IMG/VR virus record: IMGVR_UViG_3300032076_000005
Location: 1-55,946 of that record
Strand: one strand, 5' to 3'
From: a virus
Lineage: Duplodnaviria; Caudoviricetes
DNA: 55,946 bases
Positions 1 to 7,916 of the stretch are shown here, one piece after another. The position numbers and the translations under genes were made by a program. The notes under the pieces are model-generated. The model saw only the letters and a list, made by a program, of their open reading frames with translations. It was not told the origin of the DNA and did not search any database. Position 1 is the first letter of the stretch. Every line of letters starts with the position of its first letter.

Positions 1-2238
1 CGCCGCTCTGCCGAAGGTCAGCGAGAGGTCGTTCAACGCGCCATTGCCGGCGGCGATCTGCGCCGGGGTGGGCAGCGTCGCGTTGGTGGTGGAGAGACCG
101 GCGGCATAGCGGGTGCCGGCAGTGCCCGGGCTGACAAAGCTGACGAAGCCGCCGACATTCCAGTCGCCCGGGGTCAGCGTGATGCTGCCGATGTTGGCGG
201 CGAGGAGGCTGGTGAGGTTGACCGCCGTGGTGATGGACTGCGCGATCTGCTCGCCGATATTGCCGGCCGGTGCCTGGGCTCCGTCGATCGCACCCTTCAC
301 CGGCATGCGGGAGGTATCGCTCGGGTGAATATGGTCACCATGGGCCCAGGCGGTGGCGGTGCCGGTCGCCGCGACGCCGTCCATCGACGGAACCGCATTG
401 CTGGGAGGAGGCAGCGTCGGCACGAAGATCAGCCCGTCAGAACCCAAGGTTGCGGTGTTGCCGGATTGCGCCGAGACCGCGGTCGGGCCGGGGTCGCCTC
501 TGGGACCCTGCGGTCCCTGGGTTCCCGCCGGGCCTTGCGAACCAGGAAGGCCCGCTGCGCCGGGCGGACCGGCCGCGCCTTCCTGGCCCTGCAAGCCTTG
601 CTGACCCTGGGGACCGGGGACGCCCTGTTGGCCTTGCGCGCCGGCGGCACCGGGCGCGCCATCACTGCCGGCAGGGCCCTGGGCTCCCGGCGGACCCTGC
701 ACCTCGCCCAGCTCGACCCAGCCGGCCGGAGCCATGGCGGCTCCCACCCACAGCCAGACACTCTGTGTCCTGGTGTCCAGCATGCCCTGACCACGGACCA
801 GCTGGTCGCCCTGTGGCGGGTTGCCAGGAGAATCCCAGTCCTGTGGGATGTAGCCGTCAACCGGCAGCAGCGATGGCGGCTGGTTGGAGAAGCTCGCCAT
901 GATGATCACGGTCGAGCCGGGAGGACCAGGGTCACCCGCTATTCCCTGCGGGCCGGCCGGGCCGGGCACGCCGTCGTTGCCGGGGCTGCCCGGCGGGCCG
1001 ACCGGGCCGGGCGCGCCGTCGTTGCCAGGGATGCCCTGCGGGCCGGCTACACCGGGTGGACCCTGACTTCCGTCGGGGCCGGCGGGTCCCTGACCACCGT
1101 CACTGCCAGCCGCTCCTTGCGCACCATCGGGGCCGGCGGGGCCGGCGGGGCCCTGAGTTCCCTGAGGTCCCTGGTCACCCTGAGGACCCTGGTCACCCTG
1201 AGGACCCTGGTCACCCTGAGGACCCTGGGGTCCGGTCGCGCCAGCGCTACCTGCCGGGCCGGTCTCGCCTTGCGGCCCGGCAGGCCCAGGAGGACCCACT
1301 CCGCCCGTGCCTCCGGCGACAACTGTCCAGGCGGCCGATTGTCTTGCGTATTGCTGTCCATCGGTCGGAGCCTCCTCGATACCACCGGTCGGACCAGTAG
1401 GACCGCCCGGCCCGGGCGATCCCTGCGCTCCAGGCGGTCCTACTGGTCCGACCTCGCCTGCCGGACCCGCTGGCCCTGGTTCGCCCGCAGCACCAGGGCT
1501 TCCATCCTGGCCATCCGCTCCGGGCTGACCATCCGCGCCAGCCGGTCCAGCTGGGCCCGGGTCACCTGCGGGACCTGCCGCACCGGCCGCGCCGGTCGCT
1601 CCGGTCGGTCCCTGCGCTCCGGGCGCTCCGGTCGGACCAGCGGGACCGGCCTCGCCGGCCGGTCCCTGCGCTCCGGGCGGGCCGGGCGCTCCCTGCGCCC
1701 CGGGCGGGCCGGGCGGGCCGGGCGGGCCGGCGGTTCCGCCGCCTGAGGTGAGGGGGGTCCAAGCTGCGTCCTGTCTGCCATAGGTCTCTCCGTCTATGGG
1801 GGCCTCGGGAATGCCGCCACCACCTCCGGTGGCGGCAAAACCCAGGCCGAATATCCAGCGGGTCCGCTCGCGGTGGGCGTCGGGATAAGCCGTGATCAGA
1901 CCAAAGCCGGCCTCGCCGGCTTGGTTGAGGGCGGCCTCGGGAACAGCGGGGTCGTCGGGAGACCAGTGATCGTCGACGACCTTGTAGTCTATCGGTGCGC
2001 CACCTTGACCGAAGACAAAGCGGGTGCGCTCACGCAGTGGATCGACATAGGCGATGATCAGCTGCCAGCCGGCCTGACCCGCTTCGTCGAGCATCGCCTG
2101 GGGGACGGAGGGATCAGAGGGGCTCCAGTCCTGATCGACGACCTTGTAGACGATAGGAGTGGCCGATAGTTGCTGGGCCGGGACTGTCGATACCGATCGG
2201 GCATCGGGCAGAGTTGGGTGCTCGGGCTGGTTCACCAT
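1..2238 (-). CDS. Collagen-like fibre protein (3' truncated): two DUF4177-like repeats, foldon-like motifs, three Gly-X-Y tracts
   Basis: Manual translation from ATG 2238 (GGGGAG RBS) stays open to base 1: MVNQPE...YKVVDQDW...[32 protein letters not shown]...[18 protein letters not shown]...AHGDHIHP... Absent from the ORF track because there is no stop in the window. Confidence 0.9.
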   Translation of the reverse strand, partial: MVNQPEHPTLPDARSVSTVPAQQLSATPIVYKVVDQDWSPSDPSVPQAMLDEAGQAGWQLIIAYVDPLRERTRFVFGQGGAPIDYKVVDDHWSPDDPAVPEAALNQAGEAGFGLITAYPDAHRERTRWIFGLGFAATGGGGGIPEAPIDGETYGRQDAAWTPLTSGGGTAGPPGPPGPPGAQGAPGPPGAQGPAGEAGPAGPTGAPGAQGPTGATGAAGAAGPAGDPGPAGPAGADGQPGADGQDGSPGAAGEPGPAGPAGEVGPVGPPGAQGSPGPGGPTGPTGGIEEAPTDGQQYARQSAAWTVVAGGTGGVGPPGPAGPQGETGPAGSAGATGPQGPQGDQGPQGDQGPQGDQGPQGTQGPAGPAGPDGAQGAAGSDGGQGPAGPDGSQGPPGVAGPQGIPGNDGAPGPVGPPGSPGNDGVPGPAGPQGIAGDPGPPGSTVIIMASFSNQPPSLLPVDGYIPQDWDSPGNPPQGDQLVRGQGMLDTRTQSVWLWVGAAMAPAGWVELGEVQGPPGAQGPAGSDGAPGAAGAQGQQGVPGPQGQQGLQGQEGAAGPPGAAGLPGSQGPAGTQGPQGPRGDPGPTAVSAQSGNTATLGSDGLIFVPTLPPPSNAVPSMDGVAATGTATAWAHGDHIHPSDTSRMPVKGAIDGAQAPAGNIGEQIAQSITTAVNLTSLLAANIGSITLTPGDWNVGGFVSFVSPGTAGTRYAAGLSTTNATLPTPAQIAAGNGALNDLSLTFGRAA

Positions 2239-2247
2239 CCGCTCCCC

Positions 2248-2784
2248 CTATTTAGATTGCTCGATCAGCTGATTCTGCTGCCGAGTTCGCTCTTGTTCAA
2301 GTAATTCCGTCTCACGCCGGGCGATCTGCACTGCCGCCTGGGTGTAAGCTCTTCTGGCGATTCGCAGCCCATTGATGAAATTCGTTGCCTCGTCGGGAGC
2401 ACCCGATGCCAGCCAGACGCCGAACAGCTTGAGCATCTGAGCATGGTAGGCTTCGTCGAGGGCGCGCTTGTCGAGCCGCAGCAACGACGCATCCAGGGGC
2501 ACCCCCCGATACATCAACACTGTCGATACCGATGAGGCCGGTCCAGCTGGGGCAGATTGCTGGCTGGAGGCTTCGTCGGTGATGACGAGGCTCGACAGGA
2601 CCACAAGGAAAACAGCCAAGAAAAAATTAACGGCAGCAAACACCAGCAACGCTTTCCAGGTGCTGCGGCCGAGGCTTCTTAAAAGAGGGGGTGGAGGAAA
2701 GGGGGGGTACCGGTCGGTCGGGCGGTCGGTCGGGCGGTCGGTCGGGCGGTCGGTCGGGCGGTCGGTCGGGCCTGGGTGGGGCAC
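2248..2784 (-). CDS. Hypothetical membrane-anchored protein with N-terminal PTDR repeats
   Basis: 178-aa ORF packed between neighbours; hydrophobic segment ALLVFAAVNFFLAVFLVVLSSLVI; helical C-terminus. Confidence 0.7.
   Translation of the reverse strand: MPHPGPTDRPTDRPTDRPTDRPTDRYPPFPPPPLLRSLGRSTWKALLVFAAVNFFLAVFLVVLSSLVITDEASSQQSAPAGPASSVSTVLMYRGVPLDASLLRLDKRALDEAYHAQMLKLFGVWLASGAPDEATNFINGLRIARRAYTQAAVQIARRETELLEQERTRQQNQLIEQSK
2711..2771. repeat. 12-bp tandem repeat GGTCGGTCGGGC x5
   Basis: Direct reading; encodes (PTDR)n on the minus strand. Confidence 0.9.
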
Positions 2785-2792
2785 ACTTTTCC

Positions 2793-3248
2793 TCAGTCGC
2801 CGAGGTGTAAGTTTATCGTCAGCGCCGTCAGGTTCGCGGCGGTGGCCTGAGCGGTAGCCCGGACCTTCTGCTCGACGCTGGCGTCGAGCCCGGCACAGCG
2901 GACCGTGAACATAATCAAAGACGCTTTGACTGACGCGCTTACCTGATCCAGGGGGGCGTGGATCAAGCCCCAGGAAGTCTTCAGCAACTCTTCTGACTGG
3001 GCTCTGGCTTTAAGGCGGAAGGTGGCACCGTCTTCTTGCAGGGTCTGTTTGGCTTCCTCGACTGCCCGACGAAAGCCGTGATCCTGACGCAGACGTTCAT
3101 AGTCTTGGCGAGCGAGGCCGTAAGCCGTGCATATTTCCTTGACCGACTGCTGGGCAAGGACGAGTTCCAGAGGAAGGCTACTTGGCCAGCCAAGCGTCGA
3201 GGGATCGTTGACCTCGGTCATGTAATGCACTGGCAGGTTATTTGTCAT
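2793..3248 (-). CDS. Putative terminase small subunit
   Basis: GAGGAG RBS before ATG 3248; N-terminal HTH-like segment (VKEICTAYGLARQDYERL), helical middle, C-terminal beta strand LTINLHLGD; first gene of the leftward late-oriented unit. Confidence 0.55.
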   Translation of the reverse strand: MTNNLPVHYMTEVNDPSTLGWPSSLPLELVLAQQSVKEICTAYGLARQDYERLRQDHGFRRAVEEAKQTLQEDGATFRLKARAQSEELLKTSWGLIHAPLDQVSASVKASLIMFTVRCAGLDASVEQKVRATAQATAANLTALTINLHLGD

Positions 3249-3263
3249 ACTCCTCACCGCGCC

Positions 3264-3291
3264 ATTCTAGCACATTTTAGAAATCTGCAAA
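3264..3291 (-). promoter_or_regulatory. Leftward promoter (extended -10 TG-c-TAGAAT)
   Basis: Minus strand reads TTTGCAGATTTCTAAAATGTGCTAGAAT just upstream of the 2793-3248 gene. Confidence 0.5.
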
Positions 3292-3443
3292 AAATTTTTC
3301 TAGTAACTATGTATATAGGATGATTTTGGGGGTTTTCGGGAAAATTATGTGGGGTATGGGCAAGCATACGCCATGACTTGCACATCAACCCCTTCTACCC
3401 CTTCGCCATCGAACAAGTAATTCTTCCCAGTGGCTGCCGCACC

Positions 3444-3464
3444 GGTATTACACGATGTAACACC
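3444..3464. promoter_or_regulatory. 21-bp palindrome copy 1 (GGTATTACACGATGTAACACC)
   Basis: One mismatch to consensus; 12 bp upstream of the -35 box at 3477. Confidence 0.85.
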
Positions 3465-3476
3465 AGAGGGCGCGAT

Positions 3477-3505
3477 TTGACTCCAAACACCAAGTTGTGT
3501 ATTAT
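3477..3505 (+). promoter_or_regulatory. Sigma70-type early promoter TTGACT-17-TATTAT
   Basis: Near-consensus boxes, 17-bp spacer; same TTGACT -35 as the promoters at 8461 and 20753. Confidence 0.7.
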
Positions 3506-3556
3506 TATTTCAGTTGATCGATACCCGATCAACATATTGACTGAAAGGTTAGTTAA

Positions 3557-4171
3557 ATGCCTGTTACTTCTGTTGTGACCCCCACGATTCTTACTTCTGT
3601 TGTGACTCCGATCATAACAAAGGATCAAGCGATTGCGGCTGCGTTCAAATATGGGCAGTCGCTCGCGGGACTCGATGGTACGCTGGTCAAGGCTATCGGC
3701 CAGTTCAAGGGCGATACCGAGACTCTCACGGCGATTCAGGGTGCGCTCAATATCGGTTACGTCATGAAAAAGCTTGATGTTTCCAAGGATGAGGCGACTC
3801 GCATTGTGGGGCTTATGAAGCATAACGACAAAAAGCCCGATGACGAGCATCGCACGTTTGGCCAGGAGCGCATCATGATCGCGGCGCGCGTTCTATGGTC
3901 TCGCGCCAAGGCAATGGCCGGGGTTCCTAAGTCGGAGCAAGCCGCCAAAGGCGAGGCGACTCGCGCCCAAAAGGACGCCGATCGCAGGGCTAACGAGCAA
4001 CGCCTGATCAAGGCCGACGCTATCGTTAACCCGCCGGCCGAGACCGATCCTTTCGAAGCGCTCGCCGCACTCGTCACAACCATGCGCCATCTACAGAAAA
4101 AGCACGCCGCCAAGCTTGTCGGCGAACGCGGAACGCAGTGGCGCGACTGGCTTGCCAACGCACCTAAGTAA
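3557..4171 (+). CDS. Hypothetical early protein (stand-alone transcription unit)
   Basis: 204-aa helical, Lys/Ala-rich ORF with GAAAGG RBS, its own promoter and two terminators. Confidence 0.8.
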   Translation: MPVTSVVTPTILTSVVTPIITKDQAIAAAFKYGQSLAGLDGTLVKAIGQFKGDTETLTAIQGALNIGYVMKKLDVSKDEATRIVGLMKHNDKKPDDEHRTFGQERIMIAARVLWSRAKAMAGVPKSEQAAKGEATRAQKDADRRANEQRLIKADAIVNPPAETDPFEALAALVTTMRHLQKKHAAKLVGERGTQWRDWLANAPK

Positions 4172-4186
4172 CCTACCGACTCCACG

Positions 4187-4218
4187 AAGGGGCGCGCCGC
4201 AAGGCGCGCCCCTTTTTG
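4187..4218 (+). terminator. Intrinsic terminator 1
   Basis: AAGGGGCGCGCC-GCAA-GGCGCGCCCCTT followed by a T run; GNRA loop. Confidence 0.9.
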
Positions 4219-4231
4219 TTGCCTGAATTCC

Positions 4232-4265
4232 AGAGCGCGCGCCGCGAGGCGCGCACCTCTTTTTG
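4232..4265 (+). terminator. Intrinsic terminator 2 (degenerate duplicate of terminator 1)
   Basis: GCGCGCC-GCGA-GGCGCGC then CTCTTTTT; shares the trailing TTTTGTTGC. Confidence 0.7.
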
Positions 4266-4267
4266 TT

Positions 4268-4692
4268 GCGCAGGGCGCAGGCTACCAGGGCGCAGGCTAC
4301 CAGGGCGCAGGCTACCAGGGCGCAGGCTACCAGGGCGCAGGCTACCAGGGGCGCAGGGCGCGGGCTACCAGGGGTGCAGGGCGCAGGCTACCAGGGCGCA
4401 GGCTACCAGGGGTGCAGGGCGCAGGCTACCAGGGCGCAGGCTACCAGGGCGCAGGCTACCAGGGCGCGAGCTACCAGGGTCGCAGGCTACCAAGAGCGGG
4501 CCGAACTGGAACTGTCACCGTTCATCGTCACCGCCAGAACTGGAACTGTCACCGTTCATCGTCACCGCCAGAACTGGAACTGTCACCGTCACCGTCACCG
4601 CCGGAACTGTCATCGTCACCGCCGGAACTGTCACCGACGTTTACCAGCGCAGGCTACCAGGGGCGCAGGCTACCGGGAGCAGGCTACCAAGG
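4268..4692. repeat. Composite tandem array: 15-bp CAGGGCGCAGGCTAC units interrupted by 34-bp GCCAGAACTGGAACTGTCACCGTTCATCGTCACC units
   Basis: About 13 copies of the 15-mer (4268-4492), then the 34-bp/GGAACTGTCA block (4500-4640), then 3 more 15-mer cores (4648-4692). Confidence 0.9.
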
Positions 4693-4831
4693 GCACGAAA
4701 ACTACCCCAAAGAAATAATGTATGTATGGGATGATGTGGCGAAACTAAGGCCATAATCACATTGTGTTACATTATCCTATGTAGTAGTATGTCATATCAC
4801 TAAAAATTAGGTCTCAGCAATCAACCATTAT

Positions 4832-4852
4832 GGTGTTACATTATGTAACACC
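4832..4852. promoter_or_regulatory. 21-bp palindrome copy 2 (GGTGTTACATTATGTAACACC)
   Basis: Perfect match. Confidence 0.9.
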
Positions 4853-4915
4853 TAAAATTCGCCATCCTATACATAGATGTTTTATGTAGTAGGTTTTTTT
4901 GGGTGTTTTCCTGCC

Positions 4916-5235
4916 TTTTGTGCCGGGTTGTGCACCACCAAGTGCGGCCAAAACCCGAAATAACCCAATAAAATCAATCATGTGCCGCGCGTACCAGTTG
5001 TGTTTCGGAAAATCGTATTTATACTAACTTTAATGTACCACATTGTGCAGGGGTAAATCACTTTCTATCCCTAAAAGAATAAAATATATATATATATATA
5101 GGATAATGTGGCAGAATTATGAATAATGCTTATGGCGATTTTCCGAAGCACAACCGGTCCGCGCGGCACATCATTGATTTTATTAGGCTATTTCGGGTTT
5201 TGGCCGCACTTGGTAAAGCACCAGCCCGCACAAAA
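4916..5235. repeat. Imperfect 100-bp inverted repeat (4916-5015 / 5136-5235) around a 120-bp AT-rich spacer; candidate replication origin
   Basis: Reverse complement of arm 1 aligns with arm 2 along its length (e.g. CCAAGTGCGGCCAAAACCCGAAATA vs TATTTCGGGTTTTGGCCGCACTTGG); (AT)n run near 5083-5100. Confidence 0.85.
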
Positions 5236-5236
5236 C

Positions 5237-5257
5237 GGTATTACATCGTGTAGCACC
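5237..5257. promoter_or_regulatory. 21-bp palindrome copy 3 (GGTATTACATCGTGTAGCACC)
   Basis: Two mismatches; abuts the right arm of the long inverted repeat. Confidence 0.75.
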
Positions 5258-5300
5258 ATATGGTTTAATCCGGAAACGCCTGCTGCGAGGCACGCGTATC

Positions 5301-6026
5301 ATGTTGACAACACACATGAATTCGCGTTATACAAGAGACGCAGCGCCACACGATTGCAAGTCGCGTGACGCTGCTAACCACGACCCTGAGAGGATTAGGA
5401 GCAGGACCATGGCTTATGAATCCTTAGCACGCCACGCTTATCTGCCGCCACGCCTGACGTCGCCGCGTCCACTGCTCTGGGCATTGATGGATTTCCGCTT
5501 GGGCGGCGCAGCGGGCCGCTGTGGCCATATCAAATGCCGGCCGGACGAAATCAAAGCCGCCGTTGCGCTGGTCCTGGCCGACCCGGCCCTGGCGCAACAG
5601 CTGCGCAGGATCGCCGCCAAGCACCTAGCCGATCCCGCACTCGCTAGAGAGCTGCGGCGGGTCGCAACCAGACACTTGGGCATCGATCCCGCCCTCGGCG
5701 ATGAACTGCGGTTCATCGCCGCCAAACCCCTGGATGACCCGGCCCTTGGCCGGCTGCGGGCGATCGCCGCCAAGCACCTAGCCGATCCCGCACTTGGCCG
5801 GCAACTGCAAAAGATCATCGCCAAGCGCACTCGCGCCACCGACCCATGGGAGCGCGAACTCATAGGATTCATCCTTGCCGGGAAAGCGGTCGAGCTCGCC
5901 AACCTCACGCCCACCGTTGGTAACACCGTTGGTAACACCGTTGGTAACACCGTTGGTAACACCACTGGCGACATACGCCACCGCGCCAAGTGCATCGCTG
6001 ACTGGCTGCGCCGGAACGCAACCTGA
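5301..6026 (+). CDS. Hypothetical protein with five ~17-aa LADPAL..L..IAAKH repeats and TVGN repeats (start uncertain; ATG 5409 has the best RBS)
   Basis: Internal peptide repeats; stop overlaps the next ATG (TGATG). Confidence 0.7.
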   Translation: MLTTHMNSRYTRDAAPHDCKSRDAANHDPERIRSRTMAYESLARHAYLPPRLTSPRPLLWALMDFRLGGAAGRCGHIKCRPDEIKAAVALVLADPALAQQLRRIAAKHLADPALARELRRVATRHLGIDPALGDELRFIAAKPLDDPALGRLRAIAAKHLADPALGRQLQKIIAKRTRATDPWERELIGFILAGKAVELANLTPTVGNTVGNTVGNTVGNTTGDIRHRAKCIADWLRRNAT

Positions 6027-6298
6027 TGGTCACCAACCCTCCAGGGACCCCTGGCCCGGAAACGCCTAGCGCATTCGATCCGCTGCGCGCCGCCCGCGAG
6101 GAGCTGGGAGGTCTGAGCGACATGCTGCGCCGGCTCCAGCAGCGCGAGCGCCGATGCGAAGCGGCGATATCCCAAGCCGAGAGCGACCTCAACGACACCC
6201 GCAAGATCGTCGGCTACGTCAAGATCGGCATGAACCAGCTGCGTCAGCGCATCGCAGAATTGGAAAAGGCCCGGGTCGGTCCCCGGGTCGATCGTTAA
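6026..6298 (+). CDS. Small coiled-coil hypothetical protein
   Basis: Heptad pattern; translationally coupled to the upstream gene. Confidence 0.7.
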   Translation: MVTNPPGTPGPETPSAFDPLRAAREELGGLSDMLRRLQQRERRCEAAISQAESDLNDTRKIVGYVKIGMNQLRQRIAELEKARVGPRVDR

Positions 6299-6316
6299 CC
6301 CGCGGGCTTCCGGGGA

Positions 6317-6733
6317 TCACCAGATCCGCTTCCCCGGACGGCGTCCTCGAACCGGGATCATCCCCCCGGAATCTCGTCCGGGATCTCGTCCGGGATCTCG
6401 TCCGGGATCTCGTCCAGCTTCCCCAGACCGGTGCCCAGACCGGTAGCTGGCCCTGTGCAGCAATACCGCGATGTTCTGGACCAGCCAGTCGGCCCGCGCC
6501 CCACTGTCCCGAAATACCGTGCCGTGCATCGCCGCTACCAGATCGCGCGCCTGCTCGAATTCAGTACTGGCCGGCAGCACCCGGGCCCCGCAAGATCGGC
6601 CCCGCAAGATCGATTCGGCGACAAGCCCCCGAATATCCCCGAGGCGCACCAGCAATTCCGCCGCCGGATCACCTTCAGTAATCGCCTGCCGTAACGCTTC
6701 CAGGCGCTCCAGCAGGTCATCAGCACCTCTCAT
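6317..6733 (-). CDS. Hypothetical protein with C-terminal GRDP repeats
   Basis: ATG 6733 after a G-rich RBS; amphipathic helices (DDLLERLEALRQAI). Confidence 0.55.
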   Translation of the reverse strand: MRGADDLLERLEALRQAITEGDPAAELLVRLGDIRGLVAESILRGRSCGARVLPASTEFEQARDLVAAMHGTVFRDSGARADWLVQNIAVLLHRASYRSGHRSGEAGRDPGRDPGRDPGRDSGGMIPVRGRRPGKRIW

Positions 6734-6845
6734 TCTCTGGAGCCCCCTAAGCCGGCACCGGAACAACCAGATCGCGCGATTGACACGGTACCGTAAAACC
6801 CCGCTAGTAGTGTCGCATGAACACGGCGCGGAGCTACGAGCAGCG

Positions 6846-7109
6846 ATGACCATCCACAACGAGACCCTGCACGAGGCGCTGCCGGTGCACGGCTACGTCG
6901 CCCAGCCCGACGCGACCGTTGCGCTGGTCAACCACAACAAAATGCTGGAAGAGCACTGCCTGCAGACGCTCGACGCGCTCAAGGAGCGGACCGACATCGA
7001 CCAGCACTGGCTGGCGATCGGACGGACCCAGCTCGAACAGGCCTGGATGGCGATCAACCGCTCGATCTTCAAGCCTCAGCGGCCCGCTGCTGACTTGTCG
7101 AATTCCTGA
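6846..7109 (+). CDS. acb2: Acb2-like anti-CBASS cyclic-oligonucleotide sponge
   Basis: GY-x11-N-x2-K followed by WLAIGRTQLEQAWMAINRSIFKP matches the recalled Acb2 pattern (GYRDL..MNRVK...[24 protein letters not shown]); ATG 6846 is internal to track ORF 6471-7109. Confidence 0.8.
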   Translation: MTIHNETLHEALPVHGYVAQPDATVALVNHNKMLEEHCLQTLDALKERTDIDQHWLAIGRTQLEQAWMAINRSIFKPQRPAADLSNS

Positions 7110-7158
7110 CACATACGTACCGTAGGAATCATCCCTGCGCAAAGGAGAGGACCGAACC

Positions 7159-7467
7159 ATGGCAGCCGTCCCAGTGATACTACACGGAGTTTTTATGCCT
7201 GACGCTCGATCGGCGAGCGACAAGCCGATCAAGGGCACCATGATTGGTTACGCGAGCATCCCCGGCTTGGAAGTCGGCGGCGGACCAATTATCCCCGATA
7301 CCCCACCCGACGTGCCCGTAGACCCGCCGGAGCAGCCGACTGGCGGTCTTGCCGTTGTCATCAAACCTGCCCCAGCAAGTGGCGGCTGGGGTCTTGCCTC
7401 GGATGGTGGTAGCCTGCAGTGGTACTTCGTGCCCAGCCAGAGCGGCGGCCAACCCAAGCGACCGTAG
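7159..7467 (+). CDS. Pro/Gly-rich hypothetical protein
   Basis: Strong AAGGAGAGG RBS; 102 aa. Confidence 0.75.
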   Translation: MAAVPVILHGVFMPDARSASDKPIKGTMIGYASIPGLEVGGGPIIPDTPPDVPVDPPEQPTGGLAVVIKPAPASGGWGLASDGGSLQWYFVPSQSGGQPKRP

Positions 7468-7482
7468 TTCCTCCCTAGACTT

Positions 7483-7510
7483 GGCCCGTCTCCCGGCGGG
7501 CCGCTTTCTT
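7483..7510 (+). terminator. Terminator-like hairpin preceded by CCTCCC
   Basis: GGCCCGTC-TCCC-GGCGGGCC then GCTTTCTT. Confidence 0.5.
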
Positions 7511-7692
7511 CGGGAGAAGCCCACTGGCAGGTCGGCGTCCATCACATGACGCTCTACCGATGGGAAAAGGCCGACAAAATCCCGCTGCCGAAGCGGCTCG
7601 CCCGCACCAACGCGCGCATCTATACGGACCACGACATTGCCGCCATCAAGGACTGGATGGAACGGGTCGTCGATCCCCCGATCCATCGATGA
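7504..7692 (+). CDS. MerR-type winged-helix DNA-binding domain with no canonical start upstream of helix 1 (first ATG at 7546)
   Basis: LSSGEAHWQVGVHHMTLYRWEKADKIPLPKRLARTNARIYTDHDIAAIKDW keeps the MerR register (GE-x5-GV-x3-TL-x2-WE...R...R-x-Y-x3-D); stop overlaps the next ATG (ATGA). Confidence 0.65.
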   Translation, partial: LSSGEAHWQVGVHHMTLYRWEKADKIPLPKRLARTNARIYTDHDIAAIKDWMERVVDPPIHR

Positions 7693-7916
7693 GCCCCAGA
7701 CCGCACCCAGAATCGACAGGGGAGCCCCAGGAGCGCAGGGAACGCGAGGCCCTGCCCCTTCCCCGGAATTACCCCAAGCGCGTCCACGGCGCTCCTGGGG
7801 CCCCTGCAATCGATTTCGTCACACCAGGGACGAAACCCCCAGGGACAAAACAACCAGGGACGAAACCCCCAGGGACAAAACAAATTGGATATGTTGAAAT
7901 CCACCTCTCCCGCTGA
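7689..7916 (+). CDS. Small Pro-rich hypothetical protein with PGTK(P/Q) x4
   Basis: ATGA overlap with the upstream stop; 15-bp repeats at about 7824-7883. Confidence 0.4.
   Translation: MSPRPHPESTGEPQERREREALPLPRNYPKRVHGAPGAPAIDFVTPGTKPPGTKQPGTKPPGTKQIGYVEIHLSR

Noticed and set aside
113-2169. Long + strand ORFs (e.g. 325-1746) and short - strand ORFs in the track
   Set aside because: Shadow frames of the GC-rich collagen gene on the minus strand
4268-4692. CRISPR array or silk-like (GAGYQ)n / (RAQAT)n protein
   Set aside because: Units are contiguous with no unique spacers; the ORFs lack an RBS, follow two terminators and shift frame within the array
6780-6812. TTGACA promoter upstream of the Acb2-like gene
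   Set aside because: Perfect -35 but no convincing -10 at 16-18 bp spacing
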